Below, one piece after another: positions 37,679 through 51,049 of a DNA stretch of 64,000 nt. The stretch is taken from contig OZ038378.1 of NCBI GenBank assembly GCA_964036045.1, forward strand, positions 91,016,001 to 91,080,000, in the 5' to 3' direction. Each line of letters begins with the position of its first letter. The first letter of the stretch is position 1. Below the pieces are notes generated by a model. That model made no database searches. It saw only the letters and a list, made by a program, of their open reading frames with translations, and was not told the origin of the DNA. Source of the stretch: Eutreptiella sp. 'Long Island Sound 2002'. Lineage: Eukaryota > Protista > Euglenida. The position numbers and the translations under genes were made by a program.

Positions 37679-39343
37679 CCTAAAACCGTGTGTTTGGGGC
37701 CTGAGTGATCAGTTGTAGGGCTCCCCACCCTACTTTGACGGTGCTGGACTCAGAAAAAAGTATTTTGCAAGGTTCTGGAGCAAGCTATCGATTGTTCTGG
37801 AGCCGCCATCACCCAAAAACTGCATTTTTCGCCCCAAAATGGCCAAAAAATGCCATTTTTTCGCCAAAACAGTGTTTTTGGGGCCTGAGTGGGCAGTTGT
37901 GCCCCCCCCCCCCCTGTTTTGAGGGTGCTGAAGTCAGAAGAAACGTGTTTTGCAAGGTTTTGGAGAAAGATATGGAGTGTTTCGGAGCCGCCATCACCAA
38001 AAAAAACCGCATTTTTTGCCCAAAAATGGCCAAAAAATGCCATTTTGTACCCTAAAACAGCGTTTTCGGGGCCTGAGTGGTCAGTTATAGGGCCCCATAC
38101 CCTATTTTCAGGGTGCTGGACTCAAAAAAAAGTGTTTTGCAAGGTTCTGAAGCAGATAATCAAGGGTTTCAGGGCCGCAATCACCAAAAAAACAAATGTT
38201 TTGGCCAAAAAAAGCCATTTTTGGCCTAAAACAGTGTTTTTGTGGCCTGAGTGGTCACAGGTAGGGCTCCATACCCTATTTTGAGGGTGCTGGACTCAGA
38301 GAGGCGTGTTTTGGAGCAGATGATCAAGGGTTCCTCTGCCACCATCACCAAAAAACAGCTTTTTTGCCAAAAAAATGCCAATTTTTTGGCCCAAAACAGC
38401 ATTTTTGGGACATGAGTGGTCAGTTGTAGGGCCCCATACCCTATTTTGAGTTTGGTTGCCTCAGAGAAACGTGTTTTGCAAGGTTTTGGAGCAAGTTATT
38501 GAGTGTTTCGGACCCGCCATCACAAAAAAAACCGCTTTTTTTGCCCAAAAATGGCCAAAAAATACCATTTTATAGCTTAAAACAGGGTTTTTCGGGCCTG
38601 TGTGGTCAGTTGTAGGGCCCCATACCCTATTTTCAGGTGGCTGCACTTTGAAAAAATGTGTTTTGCAAGGTTTTGGAGCAGATAATCAAGCGTTTCAGGG
38701 CCGCCATTACCAAAAAAACGCATTTTTTGGCCAAAAAAGCCATTTTTTGGCCTAAAACAGTGGTTTTGGGGCCTTGGTGGTCACAGGTAGGGCCCCATAC
38801 CATATTTTGAGGTGCTGGAGTCACAAAAGCGTGTTTTGCATTCTTTTGGAGCAAATAACTAAGGGTTCTGGAGCCACCATCACCAAAAAAACGCTTTTTT
38901 TGCCCCAAAAATGCCAATTTTTTGGCCTAAAACAGCATTTTTGGGGCATGAGTGGTCAGTTGTAGGGCCCCATACCCTATTTTGAGTGTGCTGGACTCAG
39001 AAGAACGTGTTTTGCAAGGTTTTGGAGCACCTTATCGAGTGTTTGGAGCCGCCATCACCAAAAAAACCGTATTCCTTGCCAAAAACAAACATGTATGGTT
39101 TGAGCTATACAAAAGCTGCTATTCGCAACTAGGTCATGAATGTCATATTCCTCGGATACGGGGAATTTTAGATGGAATCAAGCCTGCATTGTCGATCTAG
39201 GGGCTGGAAAGTTTCCAATTTGGAGGGTGGGGGGGGGGGCTAACTCCGGAAAATATGCTCTTTATGGTATAATTTGACAAAAAAAGTAGTATTTCTGACT
39301 GTAGCTGGTTTTGGGATTTTTGAACCCCATAAAATCTTAGGTG
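37679..39343. mobile_element. One-ended CAC-family element C with ~8 copies of a 170-190-bp repeat
   Basis: Right end ...CCCCATAAAATCTTAGGTG. GGCCTGAGTGG-like motif near 37697, 37881, 38068, 38241, 38408, 38594, 38768 and 38943. Reverse homolog of 43259-44150. Confidence 0.8.
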
Positions 39344-39729
39344 CACGTCGATGGCCTACTGTCGTTGGACGCCACACTTTGTTCTCTATTGCTCCCCACC
39401 AGGATTCCTGAGCTGGGGCCCGCCTGCCATATTCTTTGTTGCCTCGTTTGCTTGCTGCACTCCCTCCCACTTCTCCTTCTTCCTCCAAAATCACCATGTA
39501 CACCCTCCTCTTCTTCCACAGGATTCCTGCCCTTTTGCCGCTCTCCTTTCCATACTCCCCTATCTTCCTGTAGGCCGCTCCACCCATCACCTCCCTGTAC
39601 ACTGTAACCTTGTATCCTCCCCCCTCTGCCCACGCCTTCACCTCCGGCGGCTACCTCATCCGTCTCCTTTGTACCATCTTCTGTATGTACCCCTGCCACC
39701 CGATTCCCCCAGCGGCAGCAGCTCAATCA

Positions 39730-41925
39730 CTTAGGCGGCTCAAGTTGCAGGGTCAAAAACGACAGAAAAGGTAGGGAAATGACAGGTTTCAGAAATAATC
39801 GAATAATAATTATTTTGATTGATGATTCTCGACTGTCGCAAACCTGTACAGAGAAATGAATATTCTCGTAAGATTGACATCTCCCATGGGTGATATAGGG
39901 AAAAGTATTGTTTTGTGTCCATTCTTTGCGCGAGGCCTTGCGCAAAGGCACTCATTTGTGTCTGATTAATGTACTGCAGCACAACGCATTAGGCAGTTTG
40001 TCTAAAAAAAGAAACCGGTCGTATTTTTACACGTAACTTTGTACCATTATCAGGGTGGAGTGATGAAAATGGTTCCAGTAATAAATAAATTATGATATCG
40101 CTACACGCAAGAATCTTGAAATGTATAAATGTCCCGGAACAAACTGTGGTTTGATGCGCGAGGCCTCTCGCATGGGATGGCGCACCAGAAACATCAAATT
40201 TATAGTGATGTTTGCGCGGGGCCTCGCGCAATGAAGGTCATAAGCGCTCATACGAACAGAAAATGGACAGATCCACCAACTACACAGCATGTACATTCCC
40301 TTTGATGCGGCGCTGCTGCTTGGGCACCGGTGCAGGTCCCGCCGACTTCACCACCCAACAGCGATGGTAGCGCGCCGCAACGGGGTACCCCAATTAGGCT
40401 AAACCAGTTAAAGGTGGGACCACCAGACAGTTACAGTAAACCGAAAATGGCGCATGCGACAAGCCAATCACTGAACAGTCCGTCGCGGGAACACTGTGTG
40501 ACAGGTTGATGGTTCAAAGCGAGAAAGTTTTTCCAACAGCGATTTTTAGGAAGATACAGTTACGCAAATTTTTTCCACACTACAAATACCCCTGCGAAAA
40601 GTGTCGGACCTTGAGAAGACAGTGGCCGCAGCATCTGGAGTATTCCGCGATGTCTGCTGAGAGGAACCGCCGTACCACACGGTAGAAGAATTGTGGGAAG
40701 GGCTGAAACAAGGGGACGGGGGCGTGCGGTTGTTGTTTGTCTTTCTTCTGCGTCTGCGTAAAAATGAACCGACGCGTTGCAGCGTTGAAAAGGCAATCGC
40801 CGCAGAGGGTAAGAAATGGGTCGCTGTTTTAATAGAAGAGGACTGATGCCTTTATTTACTGATGCACCACCGCGCAGTCCCGTACCAGGGAAAACCAAAG
40901 TCTGTGATTGTGATAGAGGGAAGTAGGGCGCAGCGGCGCATTTTAGCAAGGTCAGGTCTGGCAGGATATAGAGCACCTTCAGTGAAAGAAACAGCCGCAG
41001 TCAGGTTACAGACTACATGGAACGAAATACACAAGCAGTGGGTTGTGTTGTGGGTGGACAACCGGTACAACAAATAATTTACCACAAATCATGACAGGAA
41101 CGACAAGAGCCTTAACGCAACAGCGTTGGCTGTCTTGCTACTACGGGATGCACCACAGTACTGGTATGGTCATCCTAGCGTGGAAGAGCTTGAATGGCGT
41201 GTTCCTGTTGTTGCATGCATGCACGGGAACACTGAGGGAACCTTTGCATGTATCCTGGGTGATCTAGGATTTGCAAGCACGCGGCCTGTTGTGCGAAACA
41301 TCAGGGCACAGCTTGACATTATTCGCCCAGTGCCTGCCAAGAGACCGCATTGGCGGCCCCTCTGTCTAAGCAAAGAAAAGATAAGCAGCAATGTATCGCT
41401 TCTTAACCTACTGCAATTCAGTAGGGGTTTGGCGCAACACAGGCCAACCAGTTGTGCCTGTTTTATGTATGAGAACCTCCATTACCGCATTAGTAAGATG
41501 ATGTATGGTGAAAAAACAACGGGTTGGAATGTCCGACTTTTTTTGCGGTCACACCATATATTATATGGTTTCTGGCACGCAAACAATTTTTGCGTTACAC
41601 AAACATTTCGCTCATTTTGGCCGAATGTGCCTTTTCCCCATAAAGGTTTGTTGCGCAGCGGTGATACAGTCCCCTGTTTTCCCAAGCTGATCACAATGAA
41701 GATAACTGTTGGTGCACTGCAGTTGGGTATGGGCCCGCACATACGGCACCTCAGTAGGAAATGTTACTCCCTTGGGATGGCACGTCCAGCGAATCGGCGA
41801 AGTTGTCTTCGGTACGCTGTGGGTAAAGCCATGCAGGTTCTGTTAACACAATACTGTCCTATGTTACTATACCTAGGACACCTCGTAAGGCGATTCGCCT
41901 CCAGTCACCGGTGCTCTGTGTGGCC
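39730..41925 (+). mobile_element. Academ/DUF6589-like DDE transposon copy 2, 3'-truncated
   Basis: Same terminus as copy 3. LWVDNRYNK, YENLHYRI and LYGFWHANNF are colinear with 50523-52700. Confidence 0.75.
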
Positions 41926-42287
41926 CCATGTCCGCCTATTTCAATAACGGCATTTCCGGCCGGTGGTGCTTGTGTACCTAGGGGGCCCCCGGAGGACATT
42001 TGGCAAGTGTACTGTCTCGATGACCCTGGAACGAGGCTTGTCTTCAAGTGTGCCTCGCTGATGCTGCTAGTGGGAATGGAACCAACAACTACAGCTCGTT
42101 CAGCGGGTTGTCTAGCCGCCCGGGTACTCCTCAGCTGGTTCCCTCGCTGCGTCTCGCTTCTCCTCCATTGCCCCAAGCTCATTTTGTCTCCAACTTATTG
42201 GCCCCGCTCGCGCCTCTTGCCCTTCGTCCCTTGCCCCACCTTGTCCCCCGCCCCGCATGCCTTTTTCCCCGAATTTTCTGCTCGGCC

Positions 42288-45200
42288 CCCGATGATCCAG
42301 CCCGAGGGTGCTCGCCCTCCTCCCCGAATGCTCCAGTCCAGGTCTTACTCCTTGTCCTTGTGTTGGCCATCGGCCCTCCTTTCCCCTCCCTGCTGCCCTG
42401 CTGATCTTGCCCTTGTACTGGTCCCCGTTCTTCCCGGGACTTCCTTGTGTTGGCCGGCTCCTCCTTCTTGTACCCTCGTTGACGAGCCCCCATTTTTTGG
42501 GGGTCTCGTTCTTGCCTCCGCCGCTGTTGCGTTGACCTCCTTCTTGCTCAGCGCCGTGTGGCCCATTCCGGGGCTGCTCATCTTCCTCCCCGGATATTCC
42601 AGTCCAGGGGGCCTACCTGCTTGCCGTTCATCCCACCGGGATGACTCAGCCTGGGCTTTTGATGCCTTCTTGCCTCCTCGGCCCTCCCTTCCAGCTCCAG
42701 TCCATTGTGCTCCTTGGCTTCATCCCCGCTGCTCCAGTCTGGGGCGCTTGGCGCTCTCCTCTGCCTGTCCCTTCATTCAGTGCGCCTTCTCCTTCGTGCC
42801 TTGTCAGGCTGTCATTGGACGTGTCGCTCTTATGTCCCCATATCCCCCTCTCCTGTCTTGGTCCCCGTCCTCACAGTTGTTGTTGTTCGGCGCTTGATCC
42901 TGTCCCCGGTTGCCCAGGACGATCCTTAGCTGGTTGTCTGTCCCTTTTCACCCTCCACTTTCCGGGGCCTTCCTCATGCTACCTTTGTCGTGCAGCTGAT
43001 CTCTGATTTTGGCCGCTCGTTCGCGTTCCCTTATTGAGGACCCAGCCCGGTGCTATTCTCTTTCCTCCCCGGATAATCCCGTCCAAGGTTGCGGCCCACA
43101 CCCACCTTGGTCCTTCCGGATGATCCAGTCCGGGCTGGGGCTCATCATGTTTTTGCGGTCCTCAGCACGGTCCGCCCTCTTGCTGCTTGGCCCCGCCCCG
43201 GATAATCCCGTCCAGGGGGCCATGTTGCTTCTCGGCCCCGCTCTATATGATCCCGCCTCACCTGGGATTTTATGGGGTCCAAAAATCGGAAAACCAGCTA
43301 CAATCAGAAATACTACTTTTTTTGTCAAATTGTACCATAAAGAGGATATTTTCCGGAGTGCCCCCCCCCTCCCCCACCAAATTGGAGATTTTCCAGCCCC
43401 TGGATCGACAATGCAGGCCCGATTCCATCTAAAATCGGCCGTATCGGACAAATATGACATTCACCACGTAGTTGCGAATAGCAGCATTTGTATAGCTCAA
43501 ACCATACATGTTATTTTTTACGCAAGAAATACGGTATTTTTGTAATGGCCGCTCCAAACACTCAATAAATTGCTCCAAAACCTTGCAGAACACATTTTTC
43601 TGAGTCCACCACACTCAAAATAGGGTATGGGGCCCTACAACTGACCACTCATGCCCCAAATATGCTGTTTCAGGTGAACAAAAAATTAGCATTTTTTGGG
43701 CAAAAAAAGCGTTTTTTGGGGATTGTGGCTCCAGAGCCCTTGATCATTTGCTTCAAAACACTGCAAAACGCGCTTTTCTGAGTACGGCACCCTCAGAAAA
43801 GGGTATGGGGCCCTATCTGTGTCCACTCAGGCCACAAAGACTCTGTTTTAGGCCCAAGAATGGTTTTTCTCGCCATGTTTGGCCAAAAAATGCCTTTTTT
43901 TCGTGATTGCAGCCCTGAAACCCTTGATTATCTGCTTCAAACCTTGCAAAACACTTTTGTCTAAATCCAGCACCCTGAAAATAGGGTATGGGGCCCTGCA
44001 ACTGACCACTCAGGTCCCAAACACACTATTTTAGGCTACAAAATTCCATTTTTTGGCCATTTTTGGGCAAAAAATGCGTTTTTTTTCTTTGTGATGGCGG
44101 CTCCGAAACACTGGATAACTAACTCCGAAACCTTGCAAAACACGTTTTCCTGAGTCCACCACACTCATTTCATCAAATTGAAATCACACGAAAGCGCGAC
44201 CGTATCACTTTAATCAACATTATTGTGTTCAAAAGTGCAAATATAGCTGTTTGGGGCCTTTTTTGGCACCCTCCGGGCCATAACTTTGAGTAAAGGGCAT
44301 GCACGGTCACAAATTGTTGCTTGCCAAGCCTCACATAACACAGGGGACAAACGTGATCGATTTGAAATCACACGAAAGCACGGCCGTATCACTTAATTCA
44401 ACATTTATGTGTTGGAAAGTGCAAATATAGCTGTTTTGGGCGTTTTTGGGCCCCCTCCGGATTATTATCTTGGGTAAAGGGCTTGCACGGGCACAAATCA
44501 TTGCTTGCCAAGCCTCACGTAGCACAGCCGGCAAACGTGATCAATTTGAAATAACATGAACGCACGGCCGTATCACTTTAATCACCATTCGTGTGTTCAA
44601 AAGTGCAAATATAGCTGTTTTGAGCGTTTTTTGGCACCCTCCGGATTATTAACTTGGTTAAAGGGCAGGCACGGGCATAAATCATTGCTTGCCTAGCCTC
44701 GCAGGGCACTAGGGACAGCCTTGATCAATTTGAAACCTCATGACACCACAAGGAAATCATCAAAATGACCGTTTATGGCCCGAATGTCGCAAAAATGTGC
44801 AAAAATGGTGGCATTTTGGTCTTATCTGGACATCCGGTAATGCAATCGACGTGATTTAAATACAGCAACTAGATAACGTCGTATTTTACCGATTGCCCTA
44901 TCTAAATCGAGGCAGATGCGCACATATTTGGCACAAATCACCAAAACTTCGGCAAAATTGGGTTGTGGCGGGCCGTAACTCTCGATCGCGGCAGTTTTTA
45001 GACGATTCAGTTACGGGATTCCGGTACTTCATAAAGTCCTACGTGTGCCTGGCCCTCTCCCCCGGTCGGTCCTTGCCCGGATTGCTCTTTCATCCCCTTA
45101 CCCTCTTGCCTTGGCCATCGGTCATCATCCCCCTCCTCACTTGATGTTATCGAACTGGTCCTCCTGCTCTCGCCCTTGAACTGTTCCCTCGGCAGCCCCC

Positions 45201-48200
45201 GATGAATGTGCTGTGGCCGGCACCTCCTTCGTGACCCCTCCCTGCTGACCCCGCCCGTTTCCTGTTCTTGCTTCCTCTGCCGATGATCTCTGCTTTTGGC
45301 CCCTCCTTCTACATCTGCCTTGGATGATCCAGTCCGGTACAACACGCCTTCCTCCCTGGAGGCTCCAGTCCTCTCTCCCCCTGCTGATCCTTCTCTCGGT
45401 GCGCCTTCCCCTTCGTGTCTTGTCAGGCTGTCCTTATCCGGGCTGCTCTTCTGTCCCTGATATCCTCACTTTATTTTGTTGTTCTGTCCCTCCTGCCCTT
45501 GTCCTTGTTCTTGTTCCCAGGTTGCCCCTGGATGCCGACCTTGTGCTGGTTGCCTCCTCCCCCTTGACCCACTCGGCGGCCCCTTCGATGTTCCAGTCCA
45601 GGGGCCCATAAGCTTGTTTCCTGGCCCCACTCCTGACGTTTAAGTTCGGGGTTGTGCACTGCCCAACCCTGTATGCTCCAATCAGGGGCCTCTCCTGTCT
45701 TGGTCCTCATTCTCCTCTTCACTGATGGTGCCGCTCGGTCCGTGATCTTTTCCTCGGTTGATGATCTTGTGCTGGCTGGCCCTCCCCTGTTGATCCCCCC
45801 CTCTTTGGGGTTTTGTTCCGGCGTCTGCTGCTGATTACATGTTGATCGCCGCTTCCCGCTTCTCCTTCTTGTTCCGCCGCGGGCGATCCAGGCTATGGCC
45901 GTTCGCCTGCATCCCCGGTTGTTCCAGTCCGGGGCTTTGGCCAGCTTTTCCCCGGATGCTCCATTCCCGGGGGCCCGCCCGCTTGTCTCTTCTTGGCTCC
46001 GCGGCCCTCGGGCTGTTCCAGTCCAGGTGGCCGCCATCTTGTTTCTTGGCCCCGCCCTGGATGTTCCCGTCCTGGGCCAAGGGCTCACTCCCCGGCATTA
46101 TCCAGTCCGGGGTTGTGTGCCGCTCCGCCCCGGATGCTGGGCGTTTGACTCTGCCTGGCTGACCTTGTCCGGGTTGTTTTTTCGCTCGTTTATCCTGTCA
46201 TCCTTTGTACTGGTCTTCATCTGCTTCCTCACTGTTGGTGTTGCCCCGTATTGTCCCCGGCTGCCCAGGATAATCTTCAGTTGGCTGGCTCTCTCCTGAT
46301 GATCCTCCATCCCTTACGGTCTTGTTCCGGCGCTCCTTGCAGATTAGCTGTTGACCGCTGCTCTCCTCTTCTCCTGCTCCTTCTGCCCCGCACGATCCAT
46401 TCTGGGGCTGTGGTCCGCGTCTCCCCTGATGCTCTCGTCCAGGGGGCCGAATCGTGTTTCTTTGTCCCGCCCCGGATGCTCTGGTCCCACTCCGCCGGAT
46501 GCTCCAGCCCGGAGTTCTGCGTGGCTCCGCCCTGGATGCTCCAGTCCAGCCCCTGTCTTCCACATACACTCCTCTCTCTTTTTGGCATTCTTCACTGATG
46601 GTGTTGGCCGGTCTTTGATCCCGAACCCCATTTTCCAGGATGACTCCAACCCCTGTCGATTGTCCATTTTTTGGGGTCTTTTTCTTGCGTCCCCTGTTGG
46701 TCTCCGCTTTCCGCTTCTGCTTCTTGTTCAGCCCCAGACGATCGGATGCTCGCCTTCATCGCCGGACGACCCTATCTGGTGCTTCAGTCCTCAGCCCCCC
46801 GGTTGCTCCAGTCCAGGGGGCCCTCCTGCTTGCCTTCTTGTTCTTCCCCGGATGGTCCAGTCCGGGTTTGTGTCTCTTCTTGGCTCCGCGGCTCTCCGGA
46901 TGTTCAAGTTCAGGGGGCCACCTTCTTGTTTCTTGACCCCGCCCCGGATGTTCGAGTCCTGGGGACTGGGCCCACCCTACGGGTGATCCAGTCCGGGGTT
47001 GTGTGCCGCTCTGCCCCGGATGCTCCCGTCCGGGGCGGGCTTTTTGGCCCTCTCCTCCATCTGTTCTATCTTCCGTTGCACCTTTTCATTCCTGCTCTGC
47101 CCAGCCGACCCTGTCCGGGCTCCTTTGTCCGCTCCCTCCTCTCTTGTCTTGGCCTTCATCCCCCTCCTCACCAACGGTGTTGCTCGGTCCTTGATCGTGT
47201 CCCCGTTTGCCAAGGATGATCTCGTACCAGCTGGCTGTCCCGTGTTGATTGTCCATTCCTCTGGGTCTTTATCTTCTGTCTCCTCTTGTTGTCCGCTTTC
47301 TGCTCCTCCTTCTTGCTCAGCCCGGGACGGTCCAGTCCGGGGCAGTCCGCCTTCTTCCCCGGATGATCCAGTCCGGCGCGGGCTTGGGTCTGCAGCCCCC
47401 TGGTTTCTTCAGTCCCGGGGCCCCTCTTACGTGCCCTTTTGGTCTTCCCCGGATGATCCAGTCAGGGTCCATGCCTGTTCTTGGCTCCACGGCCCTCCGG
47501 TTGCTCCTGTCCAGGGGGCCGCCTTCTTGTTTCTTGCCTCTGCCCCAGATGTTCGAGTCCGGGGCACTGGGCCCACTCCCCCGGATGAACCAGTCCGGCG
47601 TTTTGCGCCGCTCCGCCGGGGATGTTCCAGTCCGGGGCGGGCGCTTTGGCTCTCTCCTCCAGCTGATCTTTGATTCGTTGCGGCTTCTCCTTCCTGCTCT
47701 GCCCGGCTGACCCTGTCCACGCTCCTTTGTCTTTTCTCTCCTCTCTTGTCTTTGCCTTCATCCACCTCCTCACTGACGGCGTTGTTGAGTCCTTGATCGT
47801 GTCCACGCTTGCCCTGGATGATCTCGTGCCGGCTAGTTCCCCCCTGATGCTTTTCTGTTCCTCGGGGGTCTTGTTCTTGCGTCCACTGTTGTTGTCCGCT
47901 TTCGGCTCCTTCTCCTTGCTCAGCCCCGGACGTTCCAGTCCCGGGCCGTGCGCCTGCTTTCCCGGGTGATCCAGTCCGGGGCTTTGGCCCGCAGCCCCCA
48001 TGTTGCACCAGTCCAGGGGGCCCTCCTGCTTGCCCTCTTGGTCTTCCTCGGATGATCAAGTCCGGGTTTGTGCCTCCTCTTGGCTCTGCCGCCCTCCGGT
48101 TGCTCCAGTCCAGGGGACTTCCTTCGTGTTTCTTGGCCCCGCCCGAGATGTTCCAGTCCGGGGCACTCGGACCGAGCCCCCGGATGATCTGGTCCGGGGC

Positions 48201-48840
48201 TGTGCGCCGCTCTGCTCCGGATGCTCCATTCCGGGGCTGGCACTTCGGCTCCCTCCTCCGGCTGATCCTTCATTCGTGGCGCCTTCTTCTTCCTGCTCTG
48301 CCTGGCGGTCCCTGTCCGGACCGCTCTTTCGTCCCCAACGCCCCTCTCTTGTCTTGGCCTTCATCCTCTTCCTCAGTGATGGTGCTGCTCTGTCCTTGTA
48401 TGTGTCCCCGTTTGTCCAGGATGATCCTGTGCTGGCTGGCTGTGCCGTGATGATCTGTCATTCCCTGGGGGTCTTGTTCTTTCATCCGGTGTTGCTCTCC
48501 GCTTTCTACTCCTCCTTCTTGTTCACCCCCGGACGTTCCAGTGCGGGCGGCTCGCCTTAATTGCTGGATGATCTAGTCCGGGACTTCCGTCCGCAGCCTC
48601 CCGGACGTTCCAGTCCAGGCAACCCGGCTGCTTGCCCTCTTGGTTCTCTGCGGATGTTCCAGTCCGGGTGCCTGTCTCTTCCTGGTTCCTTGGCGCTCTG
48701 GATGCTGCAGTCCAGGGGGCCTTGTTCATTCTTCCTTGCCTGGCCCCGGCTTTTCCAGTCCGGGGCACTGGGTCCACTCCTCGGATGATTCAGTCCGTGG
48801 TTGTGCGTCACGCTGGCCTGGATGCTCCAGTCCAGGGCGT
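42288..48840. repeat. Degenerate array of CCCCGGA-TGNTCCAG-TCCGGGG hairpin motifs with ~600-bp higher-order period, interrupted by element D
   Basis: Dozens of motif variants. A higher-order marker (GTCC/TTTGATC...GGATGA) occurs near 46600, 47180, 47780 and 48380. Confidence 0.8.
43259..45045. mobile_element. Complete CAC...GTG non-autonomous TIR element D with two ~180-185-bp tandem arrays
   Basis: Left CACCTGGGATTTTATGG; right reverse-complement CACGTAGGACTTTATG. Flanks CGCCT/TGCCT (4-5-bp TSD). Arrays at ~43540-44160 and ~44180-44740. Confidence 0.8.
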
Positions 48841-49074
48841 CATTGTCGTTCTTTGCCTGCTTTGGTCGGCGACTGGTACGTGTGTGTGTGCTGCTTTTTG
48901 TTTTGCGTGCCCTTCGTTGCTCTTCCCCCCCCCGCTCCCTTTTGCTCTCCATTCTCCTCCTTCCCCTCTCTTCTCCCATTCTCGCTCCATCCCTTGCTCC
49001 CTCAGCCCCCTCCGGCTCCAGCCGTAGCTTTCCCTTCGCGGTGGCTCTGTCCGGGCAAGCCCTCAAGCTCCTAG

Positions 49075-50330
49075 TCCCTACGCACGCACTTTGCTATGCT
49101 TTAGATTACGCACAGATGTTATCCCTCTTGCGTGTTCGCTCCTTTGTTCTTAGTGGTATTTTCTGTCCTCTTGTCCCCATGTTCTTTCCCCCTTAAAATG
49201 CACTTTGTTCTGGTCTGGAGAACACTCTCTTGCTCCTCCCTCCTATGCCCGCTTGCTGCCTCTGGTTCTCCCTTTCTCCCTCAGCCGCGGTCCTCCTGTC
49301 CCCCTCTCGCCACCTTGTTCCTTGCTCCCCTGTTCCTCTCCGGCCGTTTCACTCGCTTTGCGGTGGCTTTGTTGGGGCACGTACCCAAGCTCCTAGTCTC
49401 TACGCACGCACTTTGCTATGTGTTTCCTTTTATGCGGTTGCTTCCTTGTTCTTCGCTGCATGATCTCATGCTCACTTGTGCCTTCCCCCTTTGCACGCAC
49501 TTTGCTGTGATTTGGGGCACGCAGTTAAGCTCCTCACTTCTACGCATGCAGTTTGCGACCTCACTCATCCCCCGGGTCCCTTCTTGCCTCCTCTCCTCTG
49601 TCCTTTGCGGTTCTTTTGTCCTAATTTAGCCTTGCTTTATGTTTGCGCCTTTTTTTTTGCAAGCACTTTGCTTTGTGTTGGGGCACGCACAGGCACTTTC
49701 CCCTCGTTCTCTTTTGGTGTCGGGTTTGCACTCCTGCTCCTTGCACCCAACTTAATTATTACCCTTTAATCATTATTACCTTGCACCTTGCCTCCTGTAC
49801 TCCTTTCTTTTTTCCGCGCCCAAGAGTATGCGCTTGTTTATTGTCTTCTCTTGCTCGTTCCTTGTTTGGTCCCCACGACTCTTTGTATCTATCGACGCCC
49901 AGGAGTAGGCGCGTGGTCTTAACGCACTCATGACCTTTGGTATTTGTTCTTTGGGTTTTGGACACCTTGTGTTTGGCGACGCCCAAGAGTAGGTGTGTGG
50001 TCTTAATGCACTCACGACGTATGCTATCTACTTGTGTTGGCGTCCTCGTCCGTTTTGTCGGCGCCCAAGGGTAAGTGCTTGTTCATTTGTTTTCGTCGTC
50101 CCTTGTTTTGTCCCCGTGACTCTTTGTATTTTTCGACGGCCAAGAGTAGGCGTGAGGTCTCAATGCACTGATGTCGCATGCTATTGATCCTTTTTGTTTT
50201 GGACTCTTTGTACTTGGCGACACCCAGAGGTAGGCTTGTGGGCTTAATGTACTCATGACGTATGCTATCTATTTGTGTTTGTGTACTCGCTGGTTTTGTC
50301 AGCGCCCAGGAGTGAGCGCTTCTGTTGTTG
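49075..50330. repeat. Low-complexity region with dispersed short repeats
   Basis: GCACGCACTTTGCT occurs about four times (49.08-49.68 kb). GCCCAAGAGTAGG..TGGTCTTAATGCACTCA-like motif occurs about four times (49.9-50.25 kb). Confidence 0.55.
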
Positions 50331-51049
50331 TTTTGGGTTTTTGTTGCGTGGCACCTTCCCTTTCCCTGGCGTGGTGTTGGAGCACGCACCCAAGCACTAA
50401 TTTCCCAGTTGCGGGCACTTTGCTGTTCTTTTGGCGCGTGCCCAACCAATTCCTAGGTGTTTTCACTCGTTGTTTATGTTGTGTCGATGTGTGTGGTGGA
50501 TTTTTTCCGACCTGGCCAATCACTTAGGCGGCTCAAGTTGCATGGTCAAAAACCACGGAAAGGGTAGGAAAATGACAGGTTTCCAGAGGCATCAGAAAAT
50601 TGTTGTTTTGATGGATATTTCTAAACCGTCGCGAACAGGTATGGCGAAATTAATATTTCTATAAAAATAACGTGTCCCATGGGCGAGACAGGGAAAAGTA
50701 TTGTTTTGTGACCATTCTTTGCGGAAGGCCTCCCGCAAAGACGTCCATTTGTGTCAAATTAATGTAATACAGCACAACGCATTAGACAGGTCGTCAAAAA
50801 ATAGAATCCTGTTGTATTTATACACGTAACATAGTACCATAATCAGGATTGCGTGATAGAGATGGATCTATTAACCAAAAAAGTTCAACATTGGTGTACC
50901 GAAGAGTCTTGAAAAGTATAAATGTTCGGGAACAAACTGTAGTTTCACGCGCGAGGCCTCGCGCATGGAACGGCGCATGAGAAACATTAAAGTTTCGGTG
51001 ATCATCGTGCGATCCCTCGCGCAACCGATGTCAGAAGCGCTCATAGAAA

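Noticed and set aside
42288-48840. CRISPR array
   Set aside because: Repeats are degenerate, spacers are irregular and themselves repeated, there are no cas genes, and the context is eukaryotic.
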